Assembly (NCBI GenBank): GCA_964016885.1
Contig: OZ024740.1
Location: 364,622,001-364,686,000 of the forward strand
Length of the DNA stretch: 64,000 nt
DNA from: Eledone cirrhosa
Taxonomy: Eukaryota
Direction: 5' to 3'
Shown: positions 52,668 to 63,838 of the stretch, in pieces
Layout: each line of letters begins with the position of its first letter
How positions within the stretch are numbered: the first letter of the stretch is position 1
Program-made: the position numbers and the translations under genes
The notes under the pieces: generated by a model
The model's database searches: none
Told to the model about the DNA's origin: nothing
What the model saw: only the letters and a program-made list of their open reading frames with translations

Positions 52668-53182
52668 ATACTTTGGGAGGGTCATGTTGCCAATAAGAAA
52701 CACACGCACCAGTTGCTTTCACTTCAATTTATTATATATTTATAAATTTATAAATTTACAAATCTACAAACTTATAAATTTCTGGTTGGTTGGTTGGTTC
52801 CACAACCAGATAGTTGTTTATATATAGTCATAGTCCTTTCGTCACACACTCTGTGACTGGGGATTCCTTTCTTTGTTCCTGTGCCTTTCCACACACAGAA
52901 ACAAAATGGCGTAGGACAGAAGAAAGGAAAGGCACAGGAACAAAGAAAGGAATCCCCAGTCACTGAAGAGGTCACAGAGTGTGTGACGAAAGGACTATGA
53001 CTATATATAAACAACTATCTGGTTGTGGAACCAACCAACCAACCAGAAATTTATAAGTTTGTAGATTTGTAAATTTATAAATTTATAAATATATAATAAA
53101 TTGAAGTGAAAGCAACTGGTGCGTGTGTTTCTTATTGGCAACATGACCCTCCCAAAGTATAACAATATCGGTTTCAACACAC
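52660..53182. mobile_element. Fold-back element with ~230-bp inverted arms and a hammerhead in the right arm
   Basis: 52660-52890 matches 52926-53168 in reverse complement except for a 12-nt indel. The ORF track shows the same peptide on both strands. Flanked by (TA)n. Confidence 0.92.
52958..53002 (+). ncRNA. Minimal type I hammerhead motif (family H6)
   Basis: AGTCA-CTGAAGA-G-GTCACA GAGTG TGTGAC-GAAA-GGAC-TA-TGACT. Confidence 0.78.
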
Positions 53183-53198
53183 ATATATATATATATAT

Positions 53199-53545
53199 GG
53201 GGGCACATGGCTTAGTGGTTAGAGCATTGGCCTTGCAATTGAAAGGTTGTGAGTTCAATTCTCAGATCGAGTGATGTGTTGTTTCCTTGAGCAAGACACT
53301 TTATTTCACATTGCTCCAGTTTACTCAGCTGTAGAAATGAGATGATAGGGACTGAGGTCCCAGTCCCTATCATTCCACTGCAAAGTGGTTATGGAGGTGC
53401 CATGGAAAAAAAGCACTCAGCACTCACTGTAAATGAGGTTGGTGTTAGGAAGGGCATCCAGCTGTAGGAATCAAGCCCCAGAATCAGTTCCCGTCCCACC
53501 TTTGCAAGCCGGGAAAAGTGGACGTAAAATGATGATGATGATGAT
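53199..53545 (+). mobile_element. Full-length SINE family A (RTE-B tail)
   Basis: A box TGGCTTAGTGG, B box GAGTTCAATTC, CORE-like segment and (GAT)n. Confidence 0.9.
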
Positions 53546-53553
53546 ATATATAT

Positions 53554-53726
53554 ATTATTATAAATGTAAGCTATCGCCGTATTTTGACTAAAGAAAGAGG
53601 AGTATTGACGTACGTCAATACTCATCTTTTTCCATTTCTCCGAGGGTTCTTAACCCCACTATCAGGCTAAATAATTCCTTTAATTTCTTTAGTCAAAATA
53701 CAGCGATAGCTTACATTTATAATAAT
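53554..53726. repeat. 43-bp inverted arms enclosing a 24-bp perfect palindrome
   Basis: ATTATTATAAATGTAAGCTATCGC.GTATTTTGACTAAAGAAA and its complement, with internal GAGTATTGACGTACGTCAATACTC. Confidence 0.85.
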
Positions 53727-53780
53727 TTCAAACCTGCTCGCTGTTTCGAAAATATTCTTACTTAATATATATGTATATAT

Positions 53781-53865
53781 ATAGGAAAAAGTATGACCCC
53801 GACGGCAGAGCTCAAGCTGTTTCGAAATGGCTTGAGCTCTGCGTCGGGGTCATACTTTTTCCTAT
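53781..53865. repeat. 85-bp near-perfect palindrome
   Basis: ATAGGAAAAAGTATGACCCCGACG(G)CAGAGCTCAAGCTGTTTC|GAAATGGCTTGAGCTCTGCGTCGGGGTCATACTTTTTCCTAT. Confidence 0.9.
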
Positions 53866-53942
53866 TACCCACTCTACTACCCTAAGTATTGAGTACTCTG
53901 GTGCGTTATGGTCCATCTGGTTCCTTACCACAATTCCTTTGT

Positions 53943-54333
53943 TCATCATCATCACCGTTTTTATGTCCGTTCTTCCACGCTAGCATGGGTTAGACGGGTT
54001 GTCCTGTTGGGAGCAGTGTCCAGTCGGCTGACCTTGTCTTGCTCATACAGGAACTGATTATCGCTTGATTTCCACAGCTGGATGCCCTTCCTAACACCAA
54101 CCTCATTTACAGTGAGTGCTGGGTGCCTTATTGCCATGGCACCTCCACGACCACTTTGCAGGGGAATGATAGGGACCCCAGTCCCTATCTTCTCATTTCT
54201 ACAGCTGAGTAAACTGGAGCAATGTGAAATAAAGTGTCTTGCTCAAAGAAACAACACATCACCCGGTCTGAGAATTGAACTCACAACCTTTCGATTGCAA
54301 GCCCAATGCTCTAACCACTAAGCCATGTACCTC
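53943..54333 (-). mobile_element. Full-length SINE family A with RTE-A tail
   Basis: Same head and core as 53199, but the 3' end matches the 3467-3590 tail. Confidence 0.88.
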
Positions 54334-54349
54334 TATATATATATATACT

Positions 54350-54450
54350 ATGCGAGCAAGACAACCATTCTTGCCTCAAGTGGGAAAACTCCCGTCCAAA
54401 CCCATGCAAGCGTGGAATATGGACGTTAAACGATGATGATGATGATGATG
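54350..54450 (+). mobile_element. RTE family C tail-only insertion
   Basis: Reverse complement of 17135-17243. A similar minus-strand fragment lies at 32717-32820. Confidence 0.85.
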
Positions 54451-54864
54451 TACATATATATATATATATATATATCTTCATTGACCATGAACTACGATGT
54501 TGCATGCCCTTATCCTGATTAGTTGTCTTCAGATATTGATTTTCAAAATTATTTCAAAATCATAGTCACTGTTTGTCACTAGAGATATTGTCTGAAAAGA
54601 GTTCATAAGTGGTGGTCATCACTATACAGCAATTGGTTCCTAGCCAATGATTTCATCATCTGATTTCACACAATGTTGGAATAATCTTGTCATCTAAAGT
54701 TTGTGATATTCTTTTAGAAGTGCATGAACTTCACAACATCTCATTACCTTCCTTCCTATGTTTTTAAGATTTCAGACATGTGGGAGAAATTATTTATGTG
54801 TATATCTTCGGACCTAAATTGACTTGGAAATATATAGTTATCTTCTTTTGGGATGGCTCCAAAC

Positions 54865-55072
54865 ACTCTCTCTCTCTCCTTTTTTCTCCCTCTCTCCTCC
54901 TCTCTCCTTTTTTCTCCCGCTCTCCTCTTCTCTTTGTCTTTCCCTCTTCTTTCTTCTCTATCTCCCCTTCACTCCTCTCTTTCCTCATACCTCTTACCCT
55001 CCCCCCCTCTCTCATATACCTCCTCTCTCTCCTTTTCACTCCCACTATCTCTTTTCTTCTTTTCTTTCTTTG
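54865..55072. repeat. Polypyrimidine (CT-rich) low-complexity tract
   Basis: Directly visible. Confidence 0.85.
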
Positions 55073-55618
55073 TAAATATATAATCTGTCTTTTCAAAGTT
55101 AACTGCACTTCATAAATTGTAAGCAGAGTTTTGCCAAGAATATCATCACCAGATTCCTGAAACCTTTCAACTAATTCTTCTTACACCAATGCCCAGCCCA
55201 CCACACAGTTCAACTAATTCTTCTTACACCAATGCTCCTCCCCCAACACACATGTCCGTCTTTTTATTGACTAATTCCCTCTTTTTTCCTAAAAATTTCT
55301 CTTTAGATAAAATATACTTTCTCTATATTATATTCTGATTTTTTTTTTTATCAGCTATAACACTCACACGCACACATACATGTGCACACACGCACACACA
55401 CATTGCTGGTGCCACATTAAAAAGCAGTTGGTATACGCCATGAAATCGTTATCATTATGAAGGGCATCTAGCCAGACACCCTACCAAAATGGAACATATG
55501 TGCTTGATACTGTCATCTGACCTGTTTACCTCAGAAGGTGACAGCCTGTCTAACCCATGCATGCATGCATGGAAAATAGACCTAAATCGGTGATGATAAT
55601 ACAATTCTACCTAAACAG

Positions 55619-55650
<32 letters not shown>

Positions 55651-55654
<4 letters not shown>

Positions 55655-55868
55655 AGATAAGCGGAGCAAGCAAGATTCGAACAATTTTTTAAAATAAATT
55701 AAAAAATATAATTTAAATATTCACCTATTCCTTTTACCGACGGTTTCACCTTACAAAAGATTGGAAATCCTAGGGACTTAAGCAAAAGGAATAGGTGAAT
55801 ATTTAAATTATATTTTTTAATTTATTTTAAAAAATTGTTTGAATCTTGTTGGCTCCACTTATCTCGAT
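55651..55868. mobile_element. Fold-back element with ~84-bp arms, family of 52190-52356, holding half a hammerhead in the spacer
   Basis: Arms 55651-55734 and 55784-55868. The spacer TTTTACCGACGGTTTCACCTTAC matches the GAAA/stem III half of H4. Confidence 0.85.
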
Positions 55869-55962
55869 TTTATAGTTCTGGTATGTCAAATTAATACCAT
55901 AGACACCCTATATATTTCCAGGGGTACTTAGTACCTGTGGGGATATTGATCTCATTTTTATT

Positions 55963-56004
<42 letters not shown>

Positions 56005-56010
56005 CGTATG

Positions 56011-56103
<93 letters not shown>

Positions 56104-56239
56104 ATATGTATATATATGTGTGTGTGTGTATATATATATATATATAAGTATTGAAGTTTCCGTTGAAAATTGAAAAAGTCAGAGGAATGAAGAGTGCTCT
56201 ATGTAAGTTACAGAGCTAAATATTTAATATTCAAGGCAA

Positions 56240-56313
56240 TTGCCTTGTCTGACGAACGAATGCGGACGTTTCTTGTGTTCGTCTTATTCGGGAAACCTCT
56301 GGTAATGAGGTAA
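56240..56313 (+). ncRNA. Type I hammerhead ribozyme motif (family H7)
   Basis: TTGCCTTGT-CTGACGA-ACGAAT GCGGAC..GTTCGT CTT ATTCGG-GAAA-CCTCTGG-TA-ATGAGGTAA. Confidence 0.75.
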
Positions 56314-56356
56314 TTATACTGTATTCTTTATTATACATTAAATATAGGTATATATA

Positions 56357-56657
56357 TAAAATAAACTAAAATAAATAAATAAGTCAAATATTTAAACTTT
56401 GGCTTTGTTTATTACTGCTATATATATTTCGGTGACAGCCATCTTTGGCTGTGACCTCTTCAGGCAGTCCGAATTAGTGTGGTAGAGATGAGTACACATG
56501 TGGTTGAGGTGTTAACTTTGTCAATACTCTTATATGCCCAGTTCCTGGTTGGGTTGTTGTTTCTATGAGGAACTAGAGTCATATGACTCCAGTTCCTCAT
56601 AATAAACGAAGCCAAAGTTTAAATATTTGACTTATTTATTTATTTTAGTTTATTTTA
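56357..56657. mobile_element. Fold-back element with ~57-bp arms enclosing a hammerhead and a second hairpin
   Basis: Arms 56357-56414 and 56600-56657, with internal hairpin ATGAGGAACT.GAGTCATATGACTC.AGTTCCTCAT. Confidence 0.85.
56414..56468 (-). ncRNA. Canonical minimal type I hammerhead ribozyme (family H8)
   Basis: Reverse complement ACTGC-CTGAAGA-GGTCACAGCCA AAGA TGGCTGTCACC-GAAA-TATATA-TA-GCAGT. All core positions are intact and stem III is palindromic. Confidence 0.88.
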
Positions 56658-56849
56658 CATTACTCCGGAGTAACCAAACCAACCTGCGCACTTCGTTGTG
56701 TGCTCCAATCTGCATACTGAGTTGTCAGCAAACAACCAACATATACTGAATATATATATATATATGGTCCCACCCTTGCAAGCAGGGAAAAAGCGGATGT
56801 AAAATGAAATGATAAAATGAAAAAATGAAATGATATATATGTATATATA

Positions 56850-57158
56850 TATTTCGTTTCTGAATTTGTTTAGCAAGATTCTTTATCTGAAAACGTGTGT
56901 TGAAACCGATATTGTTATGCTTTGGGAGGGTCATGTTGCCAATAAGAAACACACGCACCAGTTGCTTTCACTCCAATTTATTATAAATTTAAGAATTTAT
57001 AAATTTCCGGTTGGTTGGTTGGTTCCACAACCGGACGGTTGTTCATATATTGTCAAAGTTCTTTCGTCACACAAATATTTTGACAATATATGAACAACCG
57101 TCCGTGAAAGCAACTGGTGCATGTGTTTCTTATTGGCAACATGACCCTCCCAAAGCAT

Positions 57159-57166
<8 letters not shown>
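56850..57166. mobile_element. Second fold-back copy of the 52660 family, folding inside the hammerhead
   Basis: ATATTGTTATGCTTTGGGAGGGTCATGTTGCCAATAAGAAACAC and its complement. The centre retains TTCTTTCGTCACAC (reverse complement GTGTGAC-GAAA-GAA). Confidence 0.85.
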
Positions 57167-57232
<66 letters not shown>

Positions 57233-57394
57233 TCCTGAGTTGTGTCAGGAAATAACCAGTTATAATATGTACTCAGTACATTGGTAGAGTATAGGCATCT
57301 TTATTATATATATATAGAGAGAGAGAGAAATGGCATCTACAGGACAAGTACTGTTTCATTCATATGAAATCAGCAATGTCCTGTACAATAAAGT

Positions 57395-57451
<57 letters not shown>

Positions 57452-57834
57452 CTGTGCCAGCATGGGAAAATGGACGTTAAATGATGATGATGATATATAT
57501 ATATATATCTTCCACCAGAAACAGAATATATAAAGTTGCGTTATAAATAAACTCTAGTAAATTAGTATTGATTACTCTACTTATTCAAGGTGTAATCGTC
57601 AGCTACTTACTGTATGTTGGGTCTCAAGAATGACTGCACTCCCCTCACTACTGACACTAAGCAATTGGCCCCTGACAGTTGTAGGTTGAAGTTGTAGTGA
57701 AGACTTGGGCAACTGTCCAGGGGGTGGGGGGGATCATGTTAGGGAGCAATTATCTGGAAACAGTTGTCCACAGTACACACATGCATACACACAGTCATAT
57801 ATATATATATATTCTTTATTAAGGCCAAATTATA

Positions 57835-57887
57835 GTCTTGCTACTCTGGAGTTTCACCCTTGTATTCACAGGGTCATCACACAAGAC
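57835..57887 (-). ncRNA. Degenerate type I hammerhead (family H5, C3 changed to G)
   Basis: Reverse complement GTCTTGT-GTGATGA-CCCTGTGAATACAAGGGT-GAAA-CTCCAGAG-TA-GCAAGAC. Confidence 0.6.
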
Positions 57888-57946
57888 AAGAACATTTTAA
57901 TTTCTTTCCATAGTTTTGACTACTTATTCTTGCAACTGTCAATAAA

Positions 57947-57977
<31 letters not shown>

Positions 57978-58539
57978 GTCTTTTCTTCTCTTCATGTTTG
58001 ACACCACTGGCAGTGATATTTGTCTACATTCTGCAGACCTTTGATAGCCTATCTGTTTTGCTGGCCTCAATAATAACTCACTAGAAACATACAAATCTGG
58101 AAATACCATCCCTAACTCTCTACTATAACAATATGAAAGAACAAGTGCTTAAAGCTAAATTCAATGCCATGCACCAACCTCCTCTCATGAATTAAATACT
58201 CTGGTGGATCATGGGAAATTAAGTGTCTGCCTATCATTTTGTATACATTAAAAGAGATGACAGACTACCATTTGACAGAACATCTATACTGTACCTGTAC
58301 TGCTGCAGTCATTAGTATACCTGCACTGCTTTACAAACATTGATTCCTTGTGGGCCAGATTTGAACAATCTGCGAAAGCCATCTTACTGTGTGATTAACT
58401 AGCAAAAGAATACCAAACTACCTGAAACCACCTCAGGTTCTATGATACTAAGCTATTTATGTTTATCTAAACTCTTCCCATCATAAATTTTATGTAAGAA
58501 CATTTGTTAAGGTATGTTCCAAACACCAGCTTAAAAATA

Positions 58540-59305
58540 CTATATTTAATGGTGTACCTGTACTGCTGTGTTTATTGGCATACCTGTACTGTTATATTCA
58601 GAGATATACCTGTACTGTTATATTTAGTGGCGTACCTGTACTGCTGTGTTTATTGGCATACCTGTACTGTTATATTCAGAGATATACCTGTACTGCTATA
58701 TTTAGTGGTGTACCTGTATTTCTATGTTCATTGGTATACCTGTACTGTTATATTCAGAGATATACCTGTACTGCTATATTTAGTGGTGTACCTGTATTTC
58801 TATGTTCATTGGTATACCTGTACTGTTATATTCAAAGATATACCTGTACTGCTATATTTAGTGGTGTAACTGTATTTCTATGTTCATTGGTATACCTGTA
58901 CTGTTATATTCAGAGATATACCTGTACTGCTATATTTAGTGGTGTACCTGTATTTCTATGTTCATTGGTATACCTGTACTGTTATATTCAGAGATATACC
59001 TGTACTGCTATATTTAGTGGTGTAACTGTATTTCTATGTTCATTGGTATACCTGTACTGTTATATTCAGAGATATACCTGTACTGCTATATTTAGTGGTG
59101 TACCTGTATTTCTATGTTCATTGGTATACCTGTACTGATATATTCAGAGGTGTACCTGTACTGCTATATTTAGTGGTGTACCTGTATTACTATATTTAGT
59201 CATATACCTGTATTGCTATATTCATTGGCGTACCTGTACTGTTATATTTAGTGGCATACCTGTACTGTTATATTCATTTATATACCTGTATTGCTATATT
59301 TAGTT
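58540..59305. repeat. 26-bp tandem repeat organised as a 78-bp (3x26) higher-order repeat
   Basis: TACCTGTA recurs every 26 bp and GATATACCTG every 78 bp (58681, 58759), giving a 26-aa ORF period. Confidence 0.92.
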
Positions 59306-61484
59306 GTGAACTTCTATTGCTAATTGGTTCATTTGATAGGACTACTATGTTTAGTGGCATATGTGTATTGCTAATTGGTTCAAGCAGGAAGAGCCATGTG
59401 TACAGTTGGCATGTTGTTAAAAGTACTGAGAGTGATTCAACCTTTGTTAAAAGTACTGAGGGTGATCCAACCCTTTCATTACAATATTTCTTATGAAATA
59501 CTTCTGCTTATGATTTGCAATTAGTATTTTAAATAATCAAACATTTGAGGGATTTAGTGACACAATTGACTTTCTCATTACTAAGTTGATGTTTGGAACA
59601 TAACTTAACAAAGGTTCTTACATAAAATTGTGATAGAAGGTTTTTAGATGAAAATAAGCACTTTAAAACAAACAATTTTGTATCATAGAACTTGGGCTGG
59701 TGTTAGGTCATTTGGTTTCACAAGGGTTAAAGTATTTATATCTAAATTATAGCTTTTCAACATCATTTTATGTCAGAAATTTCCTATTAGTTAATGTTCT
59801 AAACATAGCTTAATAAAAAATTTAAAAAAAAAGTTATATTTAATTCCTCCAAATCTTTGATTATCTTCAAAATTAATACAAAGCGATAGGTAGTGTAATA
59901 CATTGGAAATAGGGTCATAAAAGGGTTAAGAAAAATTTCTTTAAAAAAATTATAATGGAAGACTTAAATTTAAACATGAACACTTTAAAACAACCATTTC
60001 TTTCTCATAGAAACAGAGGCAGTTTCAGGCAGTTTGATAAAAACAGATTTAAGCACATTATGGAACATTTGAAATGTAGTATGATAGGACATTGCTGCTA
60101 ACATAATATAGCCTCTTCATCATTCCTATCGTCTTTTTTTACATCCATTTTACTATGATGTCATCACTTACAAGTGTATGCAATCAATATAAACAGCCTT
60201 CTTTAAAATTTTTCATTACATAATTTGAATATTTGCATATGTATGTATAATATGGAGCTTGTGTCTGACTACATACAAATATATGTGGTATAGGTGGTGC
60301 ATGTGATATTGTATTTTTTGTTTTGCTTTTTGTTTCTTTTTCTTTGTTGTTGTTTTGTCATGATGTTGTGGTTGTGGGTGAGGTCATGGTTTGCACAGGG
60401 TTCAATGAGTTAAATCAATGTTCAAAGGATCCTTCAGTTGGTTCAGCAAGACTGGCTTAATATGTCATACCTGATGCGATATTTATTCCGACACGATCTA
60501 AGTGATTTCACTGGAATTATGTTTCTCACACTTCAAACTTGCTGAGCATATTCATCAGGTTTAAAACCATTAAGCTTTGATCACAGAATGGATTTGGTTT
60601 TTGTTGCTCGCAAAAGATCAATATGTCATCTTTGAACGTTGCAATAGAATATGACCTCAGAGGGGTCACAAATGAAATAAAGCTGACAATTTATTATGTA
60701 TTAGAATCGGATTACCATAATTAAAGTGAAACCCAGCTGAAATAGTAATTTTCCATATTTGGACACTTCCCCTCTTCCTTCCCTCCTACTCTGTCTTTAA
60801 TTTGGTTTCAGAAGATTCCAAATTTTCATACAATGTTCTTCCACATATGTTCTGGCTCACTGCACCCTGTGTTCAAATCCTGCTGAGGTCAACTTTGCCT
60901 TTCATCCTTTTGGGGTTGATCAAATCGATTACCAGTCCGGGGGGGGGGGGGGGGGGCATTGGCAGAACTTTTAAAGCACCAAACAAGTTGCCTTGTGGTG
61001 TTTGCGCCAGCTCTTTGTATTCTGAGCTCAAATCCTGCTGTAGCCCAGTTGGGTGGTAGATTTAATCCATTATCTGGTTTAACACCACAACCTGGCCCTT
61101 GAATACTCTTCAGTAGAGTCCCCTCCACTGCAAGCATTTGGATCTAGTCTTCAAGTTGAGTATACCTTCCTCCCCTCAGTTTCAAAAACCCTGATTGATG
61201 TTATACCCTCTGCCCTTATCTCCTTGTCTAAACTCTAAAGAAAAAAAAAATATTTGTATTTAACTCTTTCATTACCATATCTCTAATGAAAGACATAACT
61301 TATGATTTTTAAATAATTTTTAAAATAATAAAAATTTGGTGGAATTTAGTAATATAACTAACTTTCTCATTATTAAGCTGATGTTTGGAATATAAGTTAC
61401 TTTTTCTTACATAAAAGTATAGTGGAAAATATTTAGATAAATATAAAAACTTTAAAATAAACAGTTATATATTATAAAACCAGG

Positions 61485-61725
61485 GTAGAGTCTGTAGCAG
61501 TGGAAACTTCTGGCATTCTTGTCCTCCAGACCACATTCCTGCTCACTGATATCAGAACAGAATTGGCTGCCCACAGTTGCAAGCCCCACGAGGTGCAGTG
61601 GCTGTTCCAGCACATCTCCCTTGCCATCCTCCAGGGCAATGTATTCTCACCTGGGACCTTGATATGGAGGTGGGAGATACTTGTTTTGACGTCACACATA
61701 CTCAATTACTTACACAATAAAGTTT
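61485..61725 (+). pseudogene. Decayed restriction-like endonuclease C-terminus of a CRE-type non-LTR retrotransposon
   Basis: VAVETSG...LLTDIRTELAAHSCKPHEVQWLFQHISLAILQGN fits the AVET.G...P.E..fLfQriS.aiq.GN pattern. An AATAAA follows. Confidence 0.6.
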
Positions 61726-61750
61726 GAACTCCATTAGAATTATTTTATTT

Positions 61751-61960
61751 TGAACCCTTTAGCATTTAAACCCCCATAACCAGCCAGAATTCTCTCACCT
61801 CTTTCTGTTCAAACTGGCTGTAACCAGTCACTCATTATGATGGTATGGTTCTCAAAATAAATAATATCAAAATCTCATAGATTCGATATTATGTGAGGTA
61901 AAGCCTTTACCATGAAAGTATAATAGTGAATATAGAGTAATGTAAATGCTAAGGGGTTAA
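61751..61960. mobile_element. TTAA MITE (family of 5128)
   Basis: CCCTTTAGCATTTA...TAAATGCTAAGGGG-TTAA. Confidence 0.8.
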
Positions 61961-63200
61961 ACCAGGGTTGATTATAGGTAGGTTGGTATCAACAAGGTTA
62001 CGTGTTTAAAGAGCCATAATATGCTTCTTGGGAAATACTATTTAACAGGAGACTTGTTGGCTGATATTCCATAGTCATATACTTTCACTTTGTTCACCTA
62101 ACTTTAGATAGCCACTATTACCTGGCATACTTTTACTAATAAATACTTTAAGGAAAAATAAGAACACCACACTGCGTGTGTTTGTGCACATTTCTGTACT
62201 ATTTATGTATATATGTAAAGTAGAGTGACTGTATCTATGAATGTGTGTGTTTGTCTTCAGTGAATGTACTTGTGTGTGTGTACAGGTACCACATGTGCAT
62301 TGTTTCCTGATAAAGTTTTATTTTTAAAGCATCCATATCCTTTACATGATTCCCAGCTCTTATATCCACTGCCAACACCCCCTTCCAGATTTCATATCCA
62401 CCACTAACATACCTCCCCAGCAAAGAATTTTTGATAATACTCTTTTTTGTATGGTCTGCCTGAATGTGTGTGTCTGTATATGAGTCAGAGGAAAGATGTG
62501 CGATGTTTAACATGTAGCAACTGTATATACTAAAAAAATATGTGTGTGTGGTGTGTGTGTGTCTTCCTGTTTAGGTTGTTCTGGTAGATGTCTCCCACCC
62601 CCAGCCATTTTTATCTACTTTCTTGGCTCAGTATTTGAGTCAAGAATAAGGTTTTGTAGTAAAGTCATATGCTGGCTTTTACATACTTTCTCCTGCTTTT
62701 CATGGGAAAGGTGAAATTTATAAGCAAGTGTATATGGTAGTGAAGGAGCATGGCTTAGAGAGTTCAATTCTCGAACCGAGTGATGTTTTGTGTCCTTGGG
62801 CAAGACACTTTATTTCACGTTGCTTCTTCTGCCAGGAGTTGCAACTGGTAGATAGTATCAGCAATGAAAAGACCAATGGAAATATTGTTTCTGAGATCTA
62901 CCTCACTTGGCAAGTGAATGAGGTCTGGGATCTTGTCAATCGATCAGAGTGAGAGAGTATATGGTAGTGATGTATGCATATATATGGGAGTTCTATATAT
63001 GTATTTTCAAGAGTTTATGAAGTTTATATAGATATATTATGATGTATCTTACCAAAACACAACCACTGTACTCACTATATAACTAACATGTGCGCACTCT
63101 GAACATCACAATGCAGTTTCACAATTGAGAGGATCATGACAGAAGTCTGCTGAAATAACATCAGTGACTCTCGTAAACTCTGTGTGTGTGTATATATATA

Positions 63201-63534
63201 TCATCATCATCATCATCATCATCATCATTTTATGTCCGCTTTTCCTTGCTTGCAATGGTGGGACGGGAACTGATTCTGGCTTGATTTCTACAGCTGGATG
63301 CCCTTCCTAACACCAACCTCATTTACAGTGAGTGCTGGGTGCTTTTTTGCCGTGGCACCTCCACGACCACTTTGCAGTGGAATGATATGGACCCCAGTCC
63401 CTATCATCTCATTTCTACAGCTGAGTAAAATGGAGCAATGTGAAATAAAGTGTCTTGCTCTAGGAAGCAACACATCACCCGGTCTGAGAATTGAACTCCC
63501 AACCTTTCGATTGCAAGCCCAAGCTCTAACCACA
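63201..63534 (-). mobile_element. SINE family A (RTE-B tail)
   Basis: Near-identical to 1543-1835 and 9381-9762. Confidence 0.88.
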
Positions 63535-63838
63535 CATATATGTATGTATCCCGGGTTCAATCGGATATATATATGCCTCTGGTCACTTTATTCATGGTGT
63601 CCCTATTCCTTAACTATTTGTGTTCACTCTGAGGAGAAATTTATCAATTACTCACTCATTGAGTGCTTTGTGAATTTGATTGTTCATCTGCTATTGTGCA
63701 GCTGCAACTTCAGTTATACTCATTACTATTATATATATATATATTAATAATAATAATAAATACAAAGACCAAAATCCAGAGATAAACTTAATAAGGGTTG
63801 TATATATAAATCTGAAGAACAAATGTTTATTATTAACA

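Noticed and set aside
53199-53270. tRNA gene
   Set aside because: The A/B boxes belong to a SINE head that continues into CORE-like and RTE-tail sequence, and no complete acceptor stem is evident.
54495-57610. Further CTGANGA- or GAAA-hairpin matches (54540 minus, 55905-55940 minus, 57600 minus)
   Set aside because: Each lacks one half of the core, so it cannot be distinguished from chance.
60472-60683. Minus-strand exon with a CAG|GTATGA donor
   Set aside because: The longest frame I traced hits a stop before the donor, the acceptor is weak, and there is no recognisable protein.
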